A stretch of 64,000 bases of DNA from Minisyncoccota bacterium (GTDB taxonomy: Bacteria; Patescibacteriota; Minisyncoccia; Phycocordibacterales; UBA2100): NCBI GenBank assembly GCA_035500505.1, contig DATJXE010000003.1, forward strand, positions 70,921-134,920, in the 5' to 3' direction. Position numbers and translations under genes: made by a program. The notes under the pieces were generated by a model. That model saw nothing but the letters and a program-made list of their open reading frames with translations. It was not told the DNA's origin and did not search any database. This document shows positions 18,472-28,166 of this stretch, one piece after another. Positions within the stretch are counted from its first letter, which is position 1; the number at the start of each line of letters is the position of its first letter.

Positions 18472-21324
18472 TTACTCGAATTCTACCGTGGTGTGGGTCG
18501 CTTTCTGTATGGCATCGAGGTTCTTTTCAACGATCTTTCGTTGCTCCGGCGAAAATGTGGCTCTATAGCTGGCTTGTTCGCCCGGTTTTAAGCCGCTTTC
18601 TTTGCGGAACGCCTGGATCTCCCGAATGCTATCGCGCACAACTCCCTCCTCTCGCAACTCATCCGTCAGATTCGTATCGAGCACAACTGAATTGCCTTCT
18701 TTCTTAACCTCCTTAACGTTCACCTCCCCCGCAATGACAGCAAAATATTCATCGGACAATACTGAACTCGTTGGAATGTTCAAACTCGGGAGCGGTTGCC
18801 TGACCTTGATGCCCGCCTTATCGCGCTGCTCTAGTGCTTGAGTAACAAAGGTACGCGCTTCATTCATTTTTTCAATCGTTGAGTCTCGCTTCCCTATAAC
18901 AAAACGGCGAATGATATTCACTTTTTGTATTTCGGGCCATGCTGAAAGATGAACACTCTCCTCGTCACTATTTTCTTTTACTGCCTGGAAAAGATACTCT
19001 GCAAAGAAGGGCATCGAGGGTGCCATCAGTTTTGAAACTGTGTAGAGAACGAATCGAAAGGTCGCAAGCGCGGCGTTCTTGTCGTTGCCGTCTTCTTTGA
19101 ACCTGTCACGCGAACGTCGCAGGTACCAGACCGACAGATCGTCGATGAATCCTGCGATGGGGCGAGTGGCCGCATCTATTTTGTAATTCTCGAACCCGCT
19201 GGTCGCCTCTCCGACGAGCTGGTTCAAACGCGCCAGTATCCATCGATCGAGCACGTGTGTGCTCTCGTTTCCGCGCGCAGTGCCATTCTCGTAGAGTTTG
19301 TAGAACGCGAGCACGTTCCCGAGGCGTCCCAGGTTTTTCTTCACGATCTCATCCACTATCTTCTCGTCGAAATTCTTCGAATCCCCCGGCGCATTCACGG
19401 TGAACATGAAAAAGCGCAACGCGTCGACGCCATACTTGTCTATCACGCTCCACGGTTCGACGACATTGCCGACCGACTTCGACATTTTCTTTCCCTTTGC
19501 ATCCAGGATGTGTCCGAGGCAAATAACGTTCTTGTACGCCGCGCCGCGGTCCATGATGCCGGCACCGACCGCGTGCAACGTGTAGAACCACCCGCGCGTC
19601 TGGTCTATCGCTTCGCAGATGTAATCTGCCGGATACAAAATATCTTTTGTGGCGAACGGATAGTGATCCTGCGCGAAAGGCATCGCGCCGGAGTCGAACC
19701 ACACGTCCAAGACTTCCGGGACCCGCTTCATGCTCCCTCCGCATTCCGAACAAATGTATGAGGGTTCGTCGATGAATGGGCGGTGCAAGTCATTCGGCAC
19801 GTTCCCAGTCTTTTGTTTCAGCTCTGCGATGGAGCCAATGACTTCGAAATGTTTGCACTTCCCGCATTCCCAGATCGGGAGCGGTGTTCCCCAGAAACGC
19901 GAGCGCGAAATGGCCCAATCCTTCAAGTCTTTAAGCCATTCTCCGAACCTCCCCTCGCGGATGTGTTCGGGTTCCCAATGTATCTTTTCGTTCTCTCTGA
20001 TGAGGGTTTGTTTGGTCTTCGACATCGCGATGTACCACGAATCGTCGGCGTAATACATGAGTGGCGTTTTGCAGCGCCAGCAAAAGGGGTACGTGTGCAG
20101 AATGGTTTCCTTTTTGAACAAGAGCCCGCGTTTTTCGAGGTCGTCCATCACCCAGTCGTCCGCCTTCTTGAAGAATTGTCCGACGAGGGGCCCAGCATCG
20201 GTGGTGAATTTTCCGTCCTCGCCGACCAAGTGATGTTTCGGCAAACCAACTTTGGTTCCCAATTCAAAGTCGTCGGTGCCGTACATCACAGCCGTGTGCA
20301 CGATGCCCGTACCATCAGTCGTTGAAACAAAATCCGCCGCATACACTTTGTATGCGTTCGGCAACTTTTCTTTTTCTTTTGGCGGCAAAGAATTGGCGAG
20401 GTACGGGAAGAGCGGTTCGTATTCGAGGCCAACAAGCTCCTTGCCCATGAACTGATGCCTCATTTTTGTATCTTCGAGGCCGATCGGTTCTCCACGGTCG
20501 AGTGCAGCAATAATGTGGGCACCACCAACATCGAACACTCGATAAATCGTCCCGAGGTTGACCGCAAGCGCGACGTTTCCCGGCAACGTCCAGGGGGTGG
20601 TCGTCCATGCAAGCAGGAAAACATCACCCTTTAATCCGAGCTTTTCAGGATTCCTCACTTTGAACTTCACGTACACGCTCGGGTCTTTTGTGTCGTCCTG
20701 ATATCCTTGCGCGACTTCGTGCGAAGAAAGCGCGGTGCCGCAGCGCGGGCACCACGGGACGACTTTGTAATCTTTGTAGAGAAGTTTGCGCTCGTGTGCC
20801 GTTTTCAAAATGTTCCAAACGGATTCGATATAAGAATTATCGAACGTGAAGTAAGTGTGTTCGTAATCCTGCCAAAAAGCGATCCGGTCGCTGAATTTTT
20901 CCCATTCGTCTATGTACTGCAGGACGCTTTCTTTGCACAACGCGTTGAACTTGGCGATGCCGAATGCTTCGATGTCTTTTTTATTTTTCGAGCCGATCTT
21001 CTTTTCTACTTCGAGTTCGACCGGAAGCCCGTGCGTGTCCCAGCCGGCTTTGCGACGCACGTGGTAGCCCTGCATCGTGCGGAAACGCGGAATGGCATCC
21101 TTGAAGGCGCGACTTTCGAGGTGGTGGATGCCGGGGCGGCCGTTGGCCGTTGGCGGACCTTCATAAAATACGAACTCCTTTTTGCCAGCTGTTTTAGCAA
21201 GTGTTTTCTTGAAAATATCGCGTTCCTCCCAGAGCGCGAGGATTTCCTCCTCGCGTCTGGCGACCTCGCTCTTTGCCTCGCCAGAGCCCCTGGCGACGGC
21301 GGGTTTTGGTTGATTTTCAGGCAT
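18472..21324 (-). CDS. ileS: Isoleucyl-tRNA synthetase
   Basis: HIGH/KMSKS class I core with editing domain; start placed at MPENQ because the longer in-frame ORF would overlap the upstream gene. Confidence 0.9.
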   Translation of the reverse strand: MPENQPKPAVARGSGEAKSEVARREEEILALWEERDIFKKTLAKTAGKKEFVFYEGPPTANGRPGIHHLESRAFKDAIPRFRTMQGYHVRRKAGWDTHGLPVELEVEKKIGSKNKKDIEAFGIAKFNALCKESVLQYIDEWEKFSDRIAFWQDYEHTYFTFDNSYIESVWNILKTAHERKLLYKDYKVVPWCPRCGTALSSHEVAQGYQDDTKDPSVYVKFKVRNPEKLGLKGDVFLLAWTTTPWTLPGNVALAVNLGTIYRVFDVGGAHIIAALDRGEPIGLEDTKMRHQFMGKELVGLEYEPLFPYLANSLPPKEKEKLPNAYKVYAADFVSTTDGTGIVHTAVMYGTDDFELGTKVGLPKHHLVGEDGKFTTDAGPLVGQFFKKADDWVMDDLEKRGLLFKKETILHTYPFCWRCKTPLMYYADDSWYIAMSKTKQTLIRENEKIHWEPEHIREGRFGEWLKDLKDWAISRSRFWGTPLPIWECGKCKHFEVIGSIAELKQKTGNVPNDLHRPFIDEPSYICSECGGSMKRVPEVLDVWFDSGAMPFAQDHYPFATKDILYPADYICEAIDQTRGWFYTLHAVGAGIMDRGAAYKNVICLGHILDAKGKKMSKSVGNVVEPWSVIDKYGVDALRFFMFTVNAPGDSKNFDEKIVDEIVKKNLGRLGNVLAFYKLYENGTARGNESTHVLDRWILARLNQLVGEATSGFENYKIDAATRPIAGFIDDLSVWYLRRSRDRFKEDGNDKNAALATFRFVLYTVSKLMAPSMPFFAEYLFQAVKENSDEESVHLSAWPEIQKVNIIRRFVIGKRDSTIEKMNEARTFVTQALEQRDKAGIKVRQPLPSLNIPTSSVLSDEYFAVIAGEVNVKEVKKEGNSVVLDTNLTDELREEGVVRDSIREIQAFRKESGLKPGEQASYRATFSPEQRKIVEKNLDAIQKATHTTVEFE

Positions 21325-21345
21325 TTCAAGTATCGTACCAAACGA

Positions 21346-21371
21346 AAAGCCCGGCAGCGAGGCCGGGCTTT
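21346..21371 (-). terminator. GC hairpin plus T-run between the small ORF and ileS
   Basis: aaagcccggc-agcgag-gccgggcttt; on minus strand followed by TTTTCGTTTGG, then a TACGATACT-like box and the ileS ATG within ~20 nt. Confidence 0.45.
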
Positions 21372-21395
21372 GTCTTTCGCGATTGGAGACCAACT

Positions 21396-21665
21396 TCAGG
21401 ATGCGCCGAGCATATCCGCACCGGGCTCCTCGGTTCCAGCCCAAATTTGAACCGCGTCGCCACGCTTAGGATCGAACCCTCGCTTGATGAACAGTTCTTC
21501 CAGTTCGCTCGCCGCGTGGATGTACGTTTGTTCCGAATCTATTCGGTGATTGATGGTCAGCAAGCAGCGGATTCCCTTACGTTCGCCGACAGCGCTGAGC
21601 GCGACTTCCGCGTCGGTAAACGTCTGCCCCGAAAGCGCGGCATGGTTTCGTGGTGTGATGCTCAT
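21396..21665 (-). CDS. Hypothetical 89-aa protein
   Basis: Start chosen at Met preceded by GGAGGG SD (8-nt spacing); the longer ORF would overlap the helicase gene. Confidence 0.5.
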   Translation of the reverse strand: MSITPRNHAALSGQTFTDAEVALSAVGERKGIRCLLTINHRIDSEQTYIHAASELEELFIKRGFDPKRGDAVQIWAGTEEPGADMLGAS

Positions 21666-21721
21666 GATATTTCCCTCCGAGAGGAGATTGTACTCAGGAT
21701 GCTTCCTTGAGCAACGGTTCC

Positions 21722-23281
21722 TCACTTCCTATGCGGCACCCACTTTTCGATGAGCCCGAGGTGGCCAAGTCGAGAACGGATCGCGCTCGGCTTACGGCCG
21801 AAATGTTTTGCCATCTCCGTATTCGGCCTTTTTGACTTGAACATTTCCGTGAGCAATGCATCGTCGTCCTTGCTCCACGGCTTTCCGACATTCGGATACT
21901 TCTCGCGAAGCTCATGCATCGAACTCGACTGTACTACCCTTTCCCGTATCGCACCTGGTTCCTGAGCGCCGATGGCGCGGAGAAAGTTGGTTTCCAACTT
22001 TTCTTTCTCCTTCTGCGGGAGCGCTGCGAACTTTTTGCGCGCGGCGTCGGAGTAGCCGCGGAAATGTCTGTCTGCCGCAGCGACTTTTGGGTGGAGTTGC
22101 AACGCTCGTTCGTTGAATCCTTCGAGAAAAAGTCCTCCCAGCGAGCGCACACGCGAGATGGCTACGTAGCCTTGTCCGAACTCGAATGCCTGCGAGAGGT
22201 CGATAACAGCCGCATCGAGCGACATCCCCTGCGATTTGTGTACCGTGATCGCCCAGGCAAGCCGCAGCGGCACCTGCGTGATGCGCGCGAGTATCTTGTT
22301 GCCGTCCTGCACGACCCACTCGACCGGCTCGACCGTGATGGTGTCGTTCTTCGTCCTCACGATGGGCGCGCCGAGATTGCTGAATCCGATGACCTCGCCA
22401 AGCGTGCCGTTCACGTACCCCATATCGAAATTATTCCGCGTAAAAAGGACTTTTGCGCCCTCTTTGAGTTCCAGGGTTTCGGGAGAAAGGCATTGGTTTT
22501 TTAGGGATTCTACGAGTGCGGCCGGGCCGCGCGAGGTCATGCGGAACACATGGGAATTTCCGGGAATTTTCCCGAGCGATTCCTGGTTGATGCGATCGAC
22601 GTTCTCATTATGCGTATAGAGACGCGTCGCGACGGTTTGTCCCGAGAGAATGCCCGAACGCGCCCGGAGCCGCGTTCGGTGCGCCGGGCTTAAATTTCCG
22701 ATGCGAAACGCTCCGAGCAGTTCCAAAAAGTCTCCATCTTCTTGTCGATGCTGCTCGTTCAAATAGCAAATGATCGGATTCGCCTCCTTCCATGCGTTGG
22801 ACTCAAAAGCGAATTTTGCCTCCTCCTTTTTAGAAATGGGAGGAAGTTGGAAAAAATCGCCGACGAATACGACCTGAAGCCCACCAAAGGGCTCTTCTGG
22901 TTGCAGCGGTTTGCGATGCAGCGTCCGCAGCACGCGGTCGACGCTATCCAGCGTCGCCGCGTCGAGCATTGATATCTCATCGATGATGAGGACTTTCGCG
23001 GTTACGATGCGTCTCGCAGTTTTTTCGCGACTTTGTATCATTTCTATTTCATAATCGCTTACATTTGATTTGATACCGATGCCGCTCCACGAATGGATGG
23101 TCATACCATTGATATGCGTGGCCGCAATGCCGGTGGAGGCCGTGACCGCCGGCTCTACACCGCGCTCGCGAAGCCACTGTACGTAGCGATTTATCGTGTG
23201 CGTCTTCCCAGAACCCGGTTCCCCGGTCAGAAAGACGTTTAGTCCTGTCTTCAAAATGGCGAGAGCTTCATCCTGCGTCAT
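21722..23281 (-). CDS. PIF1/RecD-like SF1B helicase with C-terminal helix-turn-helix tail
   Basis: Walker A GEPGSGKTH, AAA_30 plus UvrD_C_2-like core; start at internal Met 14 nt after argS stop. Confidence 0.8.
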   Translation of the reverse strand: MTQDEALAILKTGLNVFLTGEPGSGKTHTINRYVQWLRERGVEPAVTASTGIAATHINGMTIHSWSGIGIKSNVSDYEIEMIQSREKTARRIVTAKVLIIDEISMLDAATLDSVDRVLRTLHRKPLQPEEPFGGLQVVFVGDFFQLPPISKKEEAKFAFESNAWKEANPIICYLNEQHRQEDGDFLELLGAFRIGNLSPAHRTRLRARSGILSGQTVATRLYTHNENVDRINQESLGKIPGNSHVFRMTSRGPAALVESLKNQCLSPETLELKEGAKVLFTRNNFDMGYVNGTLGEVIGFSNLGAPIVRTKNDTITVEPVEWVVQDGNKILARITQVPLRLAWAITVHKSQGMSLDAAVIDLSQAFEFGQGYVAISRVRSLGGLFLEGFNERALQLHPKVAAADRHFRGYSDAARKKFAALPQKEKEKLETNFLRAIGAQEPGAIRERVVQSSSMHELREKYPNVGKPWSKDDDALLTEMFKSKRPNTEMAKHFGRKPSAIRSRLGHLGLIEKWVPHRK

Positions 23282-23295
23282 CGACGCATCATACC

Positions 23296-24942
23296 TTACA
23301 TCTTTTCGGGGGTCGGAATACCTAAGAGCCACGAACCGTTCTTGAGCGTTCGAGCGACGGCGGCCGTAATCGCCACTTTGTGTGCGGCGGCCGGAGTGCC
23401 GTCGAGTATCTGCTCTTTGGCGTACCAACTATTGAACTCGCTCGCTATCTGCAAGAGATAATTTGTCACCATATGCGGTTCATATTCGCGTGCCGCGCGC
23501 TCGACGACCTCGGGGAAACGATGCAGCAGGCGCGAAAGTTCGCCCGGTGTTGCGTCGGCATCGAGCTTGGCGACGATATTCTGTTCCTTGGCCTTTGCGA
23601 GTATCGCCTGCGTTCGAGCATGCGCGTACTGTAAGTACGGTCCCGAATCGCCTTCGAGCGAAAGCGCCCGCTCACGGTCGAAGGTTATGTCTTTTCCGGA
23701 AGCTTGCTTGAGGATCTGATACTTTATCGCTGCAACCGCGACATCTTGAGCTAATTTATCCTTATTTTCAGACCTGCTTTCGGCAGCTCGAACTTTTGCT
23801 TGTACGATGAGGTCGTTCAAAAGCGACTCCCCTGTTATCACGTCGCCCGTGCGCGACGACATCTTCCCCGTGGTCAACCGCATCATGCCGTGTGATACGT
23901 GTTTTATCTTGGGCGCAATTTTCGGTAATACCTTTTTCATCGCCGCGAGTACGACTGCAAAATAGTCCGCCTGCTCCTGCGCGGTTACCGTTATTGAACT
24001 ATCGAACGGCCACTTCTCAGATTTTAGCTGGGCGAGACCGAGATCTTTCGTTTCGTAGGTCGGCAACCCCTTCGACGTGATAAAAACACGCGTATGCAAA
24101 CCATCTTGCTCCCCTTTGTACACGATCGCCCCGTCACTTTCCACAAAAACATCCGGATGCGCCTTCACGAGAGCGACACCGATGGGCGCGGTCTCGCTTT
24201 CGAAAAAACAAAAGTCGAACTTTGTGCCGAGGATTTTGTACAATTCTTCAAAATGCTCAAGGGACTCTTTTCTTCCTACGTCATAGAGCGTATTTAATTT
24301 CCCGTCGCTTCGGTCGTAGATCTTCGCATTGAGCGAATCTATCCCGTCTTTGTTCGCTTCATAGTTCTTAGTCCCGTATGCATACGCTTCACCCCAAGAA
24401 AGCTCCGGCTTTTGCATCTTTCCCCAGATCGCCTTCGCAACATGCGGACCGACGTCGCCCTGATAGTTCGCGCGCTTCACCTCAGCACTGGAAAACTGCA
24501 ACAAGCGTGATAAGGATTCTCCGATCGCGTTACTCATCAGGTGTCCGATATGAAATTCTTTGAACGGATTCGGGTCGGTGTATTCGACCATTATTTTCTT
24601 CTTCGAAAGATCGCTGTTCGCGCCCCACATATCTGTTTCGCCGGCCGCCTCAACAGACTCGGCGATCGCTGACGGCGCAAGATGGAAATTGATGAACCCC
24701 GGGTCCGCAATTTCTATTTTTGAAACACCATCAACGGTTCCGATTGCGGCAACCAATTTTTCCGCAAGTGCACGCGGCTTCATGCCCGCACTTTTTGCCT
24801 CTTTCAGTGCCACTCCCGTCGCGTAATCACCATTCGAAAGTTCTGCCGGAAATTCGAGTGGAACGTCCTGCGGTGCGACGGAAATGCCGCAGGGTTTGAG
24901 CGCCTCAGAAAGCGCTTGTTTTATAGCCCCTTTTACGTCCAT
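23296..24942 (-). CDS. argS: Arginyl-tRNA synthetase
   Basis: Class I motifs and anticodon-binding C-terminus; start at MDVKGAIKQ with TACAAT 6 nt upstream. Confidence 0.9.
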   Translation of the reverse strand: MDVKGAIKQALSEALKPCGISVAPQDVPLEFPAELSNGDYATGVALKEAKSAGMKPRALAEKLVAAIGTVDGVSKIEIADPGFINFHLAPSAIAESVEAAGETDMWGANSDLSKKKIMVEYTDPNPFKEFHIGHLMSNAIGESLSRLLQFSSAEVKRANYQGDVGPHVAKAIWGKMQKPELSWGEAYAYGTKNYEANKDGIDSLNAKIYDRSDGKLNTLYDVGRKESLEHFEELYKILGTKFDFCFFESETAPIGVALVKAHPDVFVESDGAIVYKGEQDGLHTRVFITSKGLPTYETKDLGLAQLKSEKWPFDSSITVTAQEQADYFAVVLAAMKKVLPKIAPKIKHVSHGMMRLTTGKMSSRTGDVITGESLLNDLIVQAKVRAAESRSENKDKLAQDVAVAAIKYQILKQASGKDITFDRERALSLEGDSGPYLQYAHARTQAILAKAKEQNIVAKLDADATPGELSRLLHRFPEVVERAAREYEPHMVTNYLLQIASEFNSWYAKEQILDGTPAAAHKVAITAAVARTLKNGSWLLGIPTPEKM

Positions 24943-24959
24943 TACGTTATTGTACCGCG

Positions 24960-25595
24960 TCAGACGCGGTGTACCGCCTTCCAAACCAATTCGTGAACCT
25001 CGCGGCGCGAGAGTAGTTTGCCTTTGGGGGCGCAGCGGATGGTGCACCAATTCGTGCCGCGAGCCATCTTTTGGTAGACCGCAGCGACTTTTTTCTGGTA
25101 CGCGTTGTCGCGCTCGTGTTGGTCGCGCGTGCGCGTGCTCATGAGCTTGCGCGAAATTGCTTGCGGAACATCAAGATAGATGACCTTGTCCGGCTTCGGA
25201 AGCTTTATCTCCTTGAACGCGATGCCTTCGAACTGCCGCAAGAACGCAGCCTGTTTTTTGCCTGAAAGTTTCGCCGCGTGGTACGCGAACGTACTTTGCA
25301 CGTATCGGTCGAATATGACGTCTCCTTTCTTCAGAGCCGCAACGAAGCTCTCGCGGGCGAGCGCGTAATCCATGAGGTACGGGATGGCCGAAAGATGCGG
25401 GTCGAGATGGCGAAAATCGCCGTACTCGCCATGGAGTGCGGCTTTGATGAGTTTGCCGACGGGAGTGCCATAGCGCGGAACGCTGAACACTGCCACCTTC
25501 TTCCCCTTCTGCCGCAAACGCTTCGCGAGAAGCGCAACCTGCGTCGCTTTGCCGGAACTATCGATACCCTCGAAAACGATGAGCTTATTCCGCAT
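24960..25595 (-). CDS. tmk: Thymidylate kinase
   Basis: P-loop [12 protein letters not shown] motif. Confidence 0.85.
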   Translation of the reverse strand: MRNKLIVFEGIDSSGKATQVALLAKRLRQKGKKVAVFSVPRYGTPVGKLIKAALHGEYGDFRHLDPHLSAIPYLMDYALARESFVAALKKGDVIFDRYVQSTFAYHAAKLSGKKQAAFLRQFEGIAFKEIKLPKPDKVIYLDVPQAISRKLMSTRTRDQHERDNAYQKKVAAVYQKMARGTNWCTIRCAPKGKLLSRREVHELVWKAVHRV

Positions 25596-26004
25596 CGATG
25601 CCCATCGAACGCGCGGTGCCCGCGATTATCTTTTTCGCCTGGTCAATATCGGGTGCGTTGAGGTCTTCCATTTTCTCGGCGGCTATCTCTTCGAGCTGCT
25701 TTTGGGTGAGTTTGCCGACCTTGTTCTGCGGTTTCTGCGAACCTTTCTCGAGCCCGAGCTTTTTCAAAATGAGGCGCGAGGCCGGCGGCTTCTTGATGAT
25801 GAAGGTGAACGAGCGGTCCTTGTACACCGTCATGAGGACGGGAAGGATGTTGCCCATCTGGTCGCGCGTTTGGTTGTTGAACTGGTTGACGAACTCGCCG
25901 ATGTTGACTCCCGCGGGACCGAGTACGGTGCCGACGGGCGGCGCAGGAGTAGCCTTGCCGGCCTCAAGCTGCAGTTTGATCATTTTGGTGATTTCTTTTG
26001 CCAT
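25585..26004 (-). CDS. rplK: 50S ribosomal protein L11
   Basis: PPVGPALG-type conserved L11 core. Confidence 0.9.
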   Translation of the reverse strand: MAKEITKMIKLQLEAGKATPAPPVGTVLGPAGVNIGEFVNQFNNQTRDQMGNILPVLMTVYKDRSFTFIIKKPPASRLILKKLGLEKGSQKPQNKVGKLTQKQLEEIAAEKMEDLNAPDIDQAKKIIAGTARSMGIDAE

Positions 26005-26008
26005 AGAT

Positions 26009-26554
26009 TTAGACGCGTTGGACCTGATCGGCTTCGAGCTCTACCGGAGTCTCGCGACCGAACATGGGAACCAATACTTTAACTTTTCCGCGCTCTTCGT
26101 CAATCTCGCCCACCTTGCCTTCGAGGTCCTTAAAGGGGCCATCGATGATGGTGACGGCGTCGCCGGTCGAGAGATCGATGGTGTGCCGCACGTGCTCGCC
26201 CGAAGAACGCTTCAAGATCTTCTCGACTTCTTCCGGTTCGAGCGGGACGGCCTGGTTGGCAGTGCCGACGAAGCCGGTCACCTGCGGCGTGTTGCGCACG
26301 ACCGACCATGCCTCGTCGGTCGCTATCATGTCCACCAAGACGTAGCCTGGGAATATTTTCTCGCGCGCCTCGGTCTTGCGGCCATTCTTTATCTTTATCT
26401 TCTTTTCGGTCGGCACGACGACGCCGAATATCTTGTCGCTCATACCGAAAGACTCGATGCGCTGCTTGAGGTTGCGCGCAACGGCATCTTCATAGCCCGA
26501 GTAGGTGTGTACTGCGTACCACTGTCTGTCCGTTCCGTGCGTCTGCTTTGCCAT
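26009..26554 (-). CDS. nusG: Transcription antitermination factor NusG
   Basis: NGN domain [11 protein letters not shown] and KOW domain. Confidence 0.9.
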   Translation of the reverse strand: MAKQTHGTDRQWYAVHTYSGYEDAVARNLKQRIESFGMSDKIFGVVVPTEKKIKIKNGRKTEAREKIFPGYVLVDMIATDEAWSVVRNTPQVTGFVGTANQAVPLEPEEVEKILKRSSGEHVRHTIDLSTGDAVTIIDGPFKDLEGKVGEIDEERGKVKVLVPMFGRETPVELEADQVQRV

Positions 26555-26555
26555 A

Positions 26556-26882
26556 CTATTGTGTTGAACCGCTCGAAGGGGTCGCGCCGGGGATGCCGAA
26601 TGTCGGACCGGATGCGGCCGGAGCTTGCGTTGTCGTTGGAGCCGCGTTCGACGTGGGTTGCTGCGTTACCTGAATGCCGCTCGACGTGCTCCCCTGCGCA
26701 CCGACAACTCTCGCGAGGGCGGCGGTGAATGCTTCATCGAACGCGCCGAGGTAGGCTGCGATGAAAAGAGAGATGAGTGCGACAAGCGTCGTGTAGATGA
26801 CCGTCTGGCGCTGCGTGGGCCAGGCGACGTGGTTGAGCTCGCTCCTCGTGTCCTTGAAGTATTGAATGATGGGGTTGGCCAT
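26556..26882 (-). CDS. secE: Preprotein translocase subunit SecE
   Basis: Single C-terminal TM helix; canonical secE-nusG-rplK order; AGGAG SD 7 nt upstream. Confidence 0.8.
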   Translation of the reverse strand: MANPIIQYFKDTRSELNHVAWPTQRQTVIYTTLVALISLFIAAYLGAFDEAFTAALARVVGAQGSTSSGIQVTQQPTSNAAPTTTQAPAASGPTFGIPGATPSSGSTQ

Positions 26883-26891
26883 AGTTCTCCT

Positions 26892-26913
26892 AAGTTAAAA
26901 CCCCCGGCGGGGG
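26892..26913 (-). terminator. Short GC hairpin (CCCCC-GCC-GGGGG) plus U-run between hairpin element E1 and secE
   Basis: On minus strand CCCCCGCCGGGGG followed by TTTTAACTT; may also lie at the 5' end of the secE transcript. Confidence 0.4.
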
Positions 26914-26923
26914 TTATGGAAGC

Positions 26924-26951
26924 ATCATATTCTTCCTAAAATCTAAGTCAA
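26924..26951 (-). promoter_or_regulatory. Candidate sigma70 promoter for secE-nusG-rplK: TTGACT, 16 nt spacer, TATGAT
   Basis: Minus-strand TTGACT at 26951-26946 and TATGAT at 26929-26924; the -35 hexamer abuts the end of hairpin element E1. Confidence 0.5.
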
Positions 26952-27086
26952 GCGGACGGGAACGAAACCCGTTTTTTGTTGCACATCTAGGGAACAGCTT
27001 TACCATTCTCTGTGCCGGACCCTCGCAAAAGAATTCTCAGCATACATAACAGAGGGGAAACAAAAACGGGTTTCGTTCCCGTCCGC
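26952..27086. repeat. Hairpin element E1: 28-bp terminal inverted repeat (25 bp perfect) around a 77-bp conserved core
   Basis: Left arm gcggacgggaacgaaacccgtttttt and right arm aaaaacgggtttcgttcccgtccgc are exact reverse complements; core shares an ATGTAT motif and a gagggtccggcRcagagaatg block with E2. Confidence 0.75.
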
Positions 27087-27089
27087 TAT

Positions 27090-27938
27090 CTATCTGATCT
27101 CGTAGGTCAGCGTCACGTCGTCCGTAATGGTGTTCTGGCCGGTCTGGATCTCGGGCGCCGGTGCGGCAAGATCTTTGGTCGAAGCGCCGCTCGCGTACAT
27201 GACCGGATAAATACCCTGGTTGTTGTTCTCGTTGAAGCCAACCACGCCGACGAGCTGCACGCCGAGCGATTTGGCGAGGTTCTGCGCCTTGCCTTGCGCC
27301 TGCGCGATAGCCTTGTCGCGCGCTTGAGCTTGAAGTGTATCCTCATCCGAAACCGTGAATGAAAGTCCGCTCACGCTGGAGGCTCCCTTGGAGCCAACTC
27401 CGGAGAGGAGTGCACCGGCCTTGGTCGTGTCCTTCACTTTTACCGTGAGCGTCTCCGAAACCTGGTAGCCCGTGAGCGTTTGTTTCCCAGGCGGGCAGTA
27501 GATGCCCGAGCTCGCCGCGCCCGAGTCCGTGCTGTACACAACAGGTTGCGGACACACCGACTGACTATAGGAATACTGCGGGGTAATCTCGTAGTCGGTC
27601 GTTTGAATATCGGTGTCGGCGATTCCTTGGCTCTTTAGGTAATCGGTTATCGTGTTGCCGTCGTTGGTCGCTTTGGTCTGCGCGGTCTGCACGTCCGCCG
27701 CAGTATCCTGGACGGTCACGCTGAACGTGGCCGTATCGGGCACCGCGAACACCTTGCCCTCGCCGCTCACCTGAATGGTGTTAGTCGGAGAAATGCCCGT
27801 GCCGATGTAGTGGTAGCTCTTGAGTGCGCTCACGGTGAGCACGAGAAGAAAGAGTGCGAGCATGCCGAGCGCGGTCGCGGCCATGAGGCGCGGCCAGTGC
27901 GTCGCGGCGATTATTTTGTCGACAGCTCCTTCTTCCAT
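27090..27938 (-). CDS. SIMPL-domain (DUF541, BP26/OMP28-like) periplasmic protein
   Basis: N-terminal TM anchor and SIMPL-like repeats; ATG at 27938 preferred over the TTG at 27944; TGATATACT box 9 nt upstream. Confidence 0.7.
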   Translation of the reverse strand: MEEGAVDKIIAATHWPRLMAATALGMLALFLLVLTVSALKSYHYIGTGISPTNTIQVSGEGKVFAVPDTATFSVTVQDTAADVQTAQTKATNDGNTITDYLKSQGIADTDIQTTDYEITPQYSYSQSVCPQPVVYSTDSGAASSGIYCPPGKQTLTGYQVSETLTVKVKDTTKAGALLSGVGSKGASSVSGLSFTVSDEDTLQAQARDKAIAQAQGKAQNLAKSLGVQLVGVVGFNENNNQGIYPVMYASGASTKDLAAPAPEIQTGQNTITDDVTLTYEIR

Positions 27939-27951
27939 GGTCAACAGTATA

Positions 27952-28155
27952 TCATTGAATATTGCCGATGGTAGCGTAGGTGTTGATGAGACTCGGTATC
28001 TCGAACAGAAGTCCGATCAAAGGGACAACGAACAGGATGACGGACACGATAACGGTCCAGAGAATGATGCGATACAGCCTGCGCGCCATCGCGTATACCT
28101 CGGCCATCTGTTGCTCCATACGCTCCAGCCGCTGCTTCGTCTCCTCGTCCATCAT
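27952..28155 (-). CDS. 67-aa small membrane protein
   Basis: Amphipathic N-terminus plus one TM helix; TAAACT-like box 5 nt upstream; no SD. Confidence 0.45.
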   Translation of the reverse strand: MMDEETKQRLERMEQQMAEVYAMARRLYRIILWTVIVSVILFVVPLIGLLFEIPSLINTYATIGNIQ

Positions 28156-28166
28156 GGGTAGTTTAA

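Noticed and set aside
21325-21395. T-box riboswitch upstream of ileS
   Set aside because: Only about 70 nt are available, with no specifier-loop or antiterminator architecture; there is just one simple hairpin.
21325-21444. N-terminal extensions of ileS (to 21444), the helicase (to 23428), argS (to 25050), ruvX (to 41085), the FMN-transferase domain gene (to 43318), the GT4 gene (to 31263) and others, as given by the longest ORF
   Set aside because: The extensions are Arg-rich and non-coding-like, and would overlap the upstream gene or a tRNA. Internal Met codons align with conserved N-termini and have -10 boxes or SD motifs at the right spacing.
26952-27086. Hairpin elements as classical MITEs or Correia-like elements
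   Set aside because: No target-site duplications flank any copy. The terminal inverted repeats are not shared between copies, whereas transposase-mobilised MITEs keep conserved ends.
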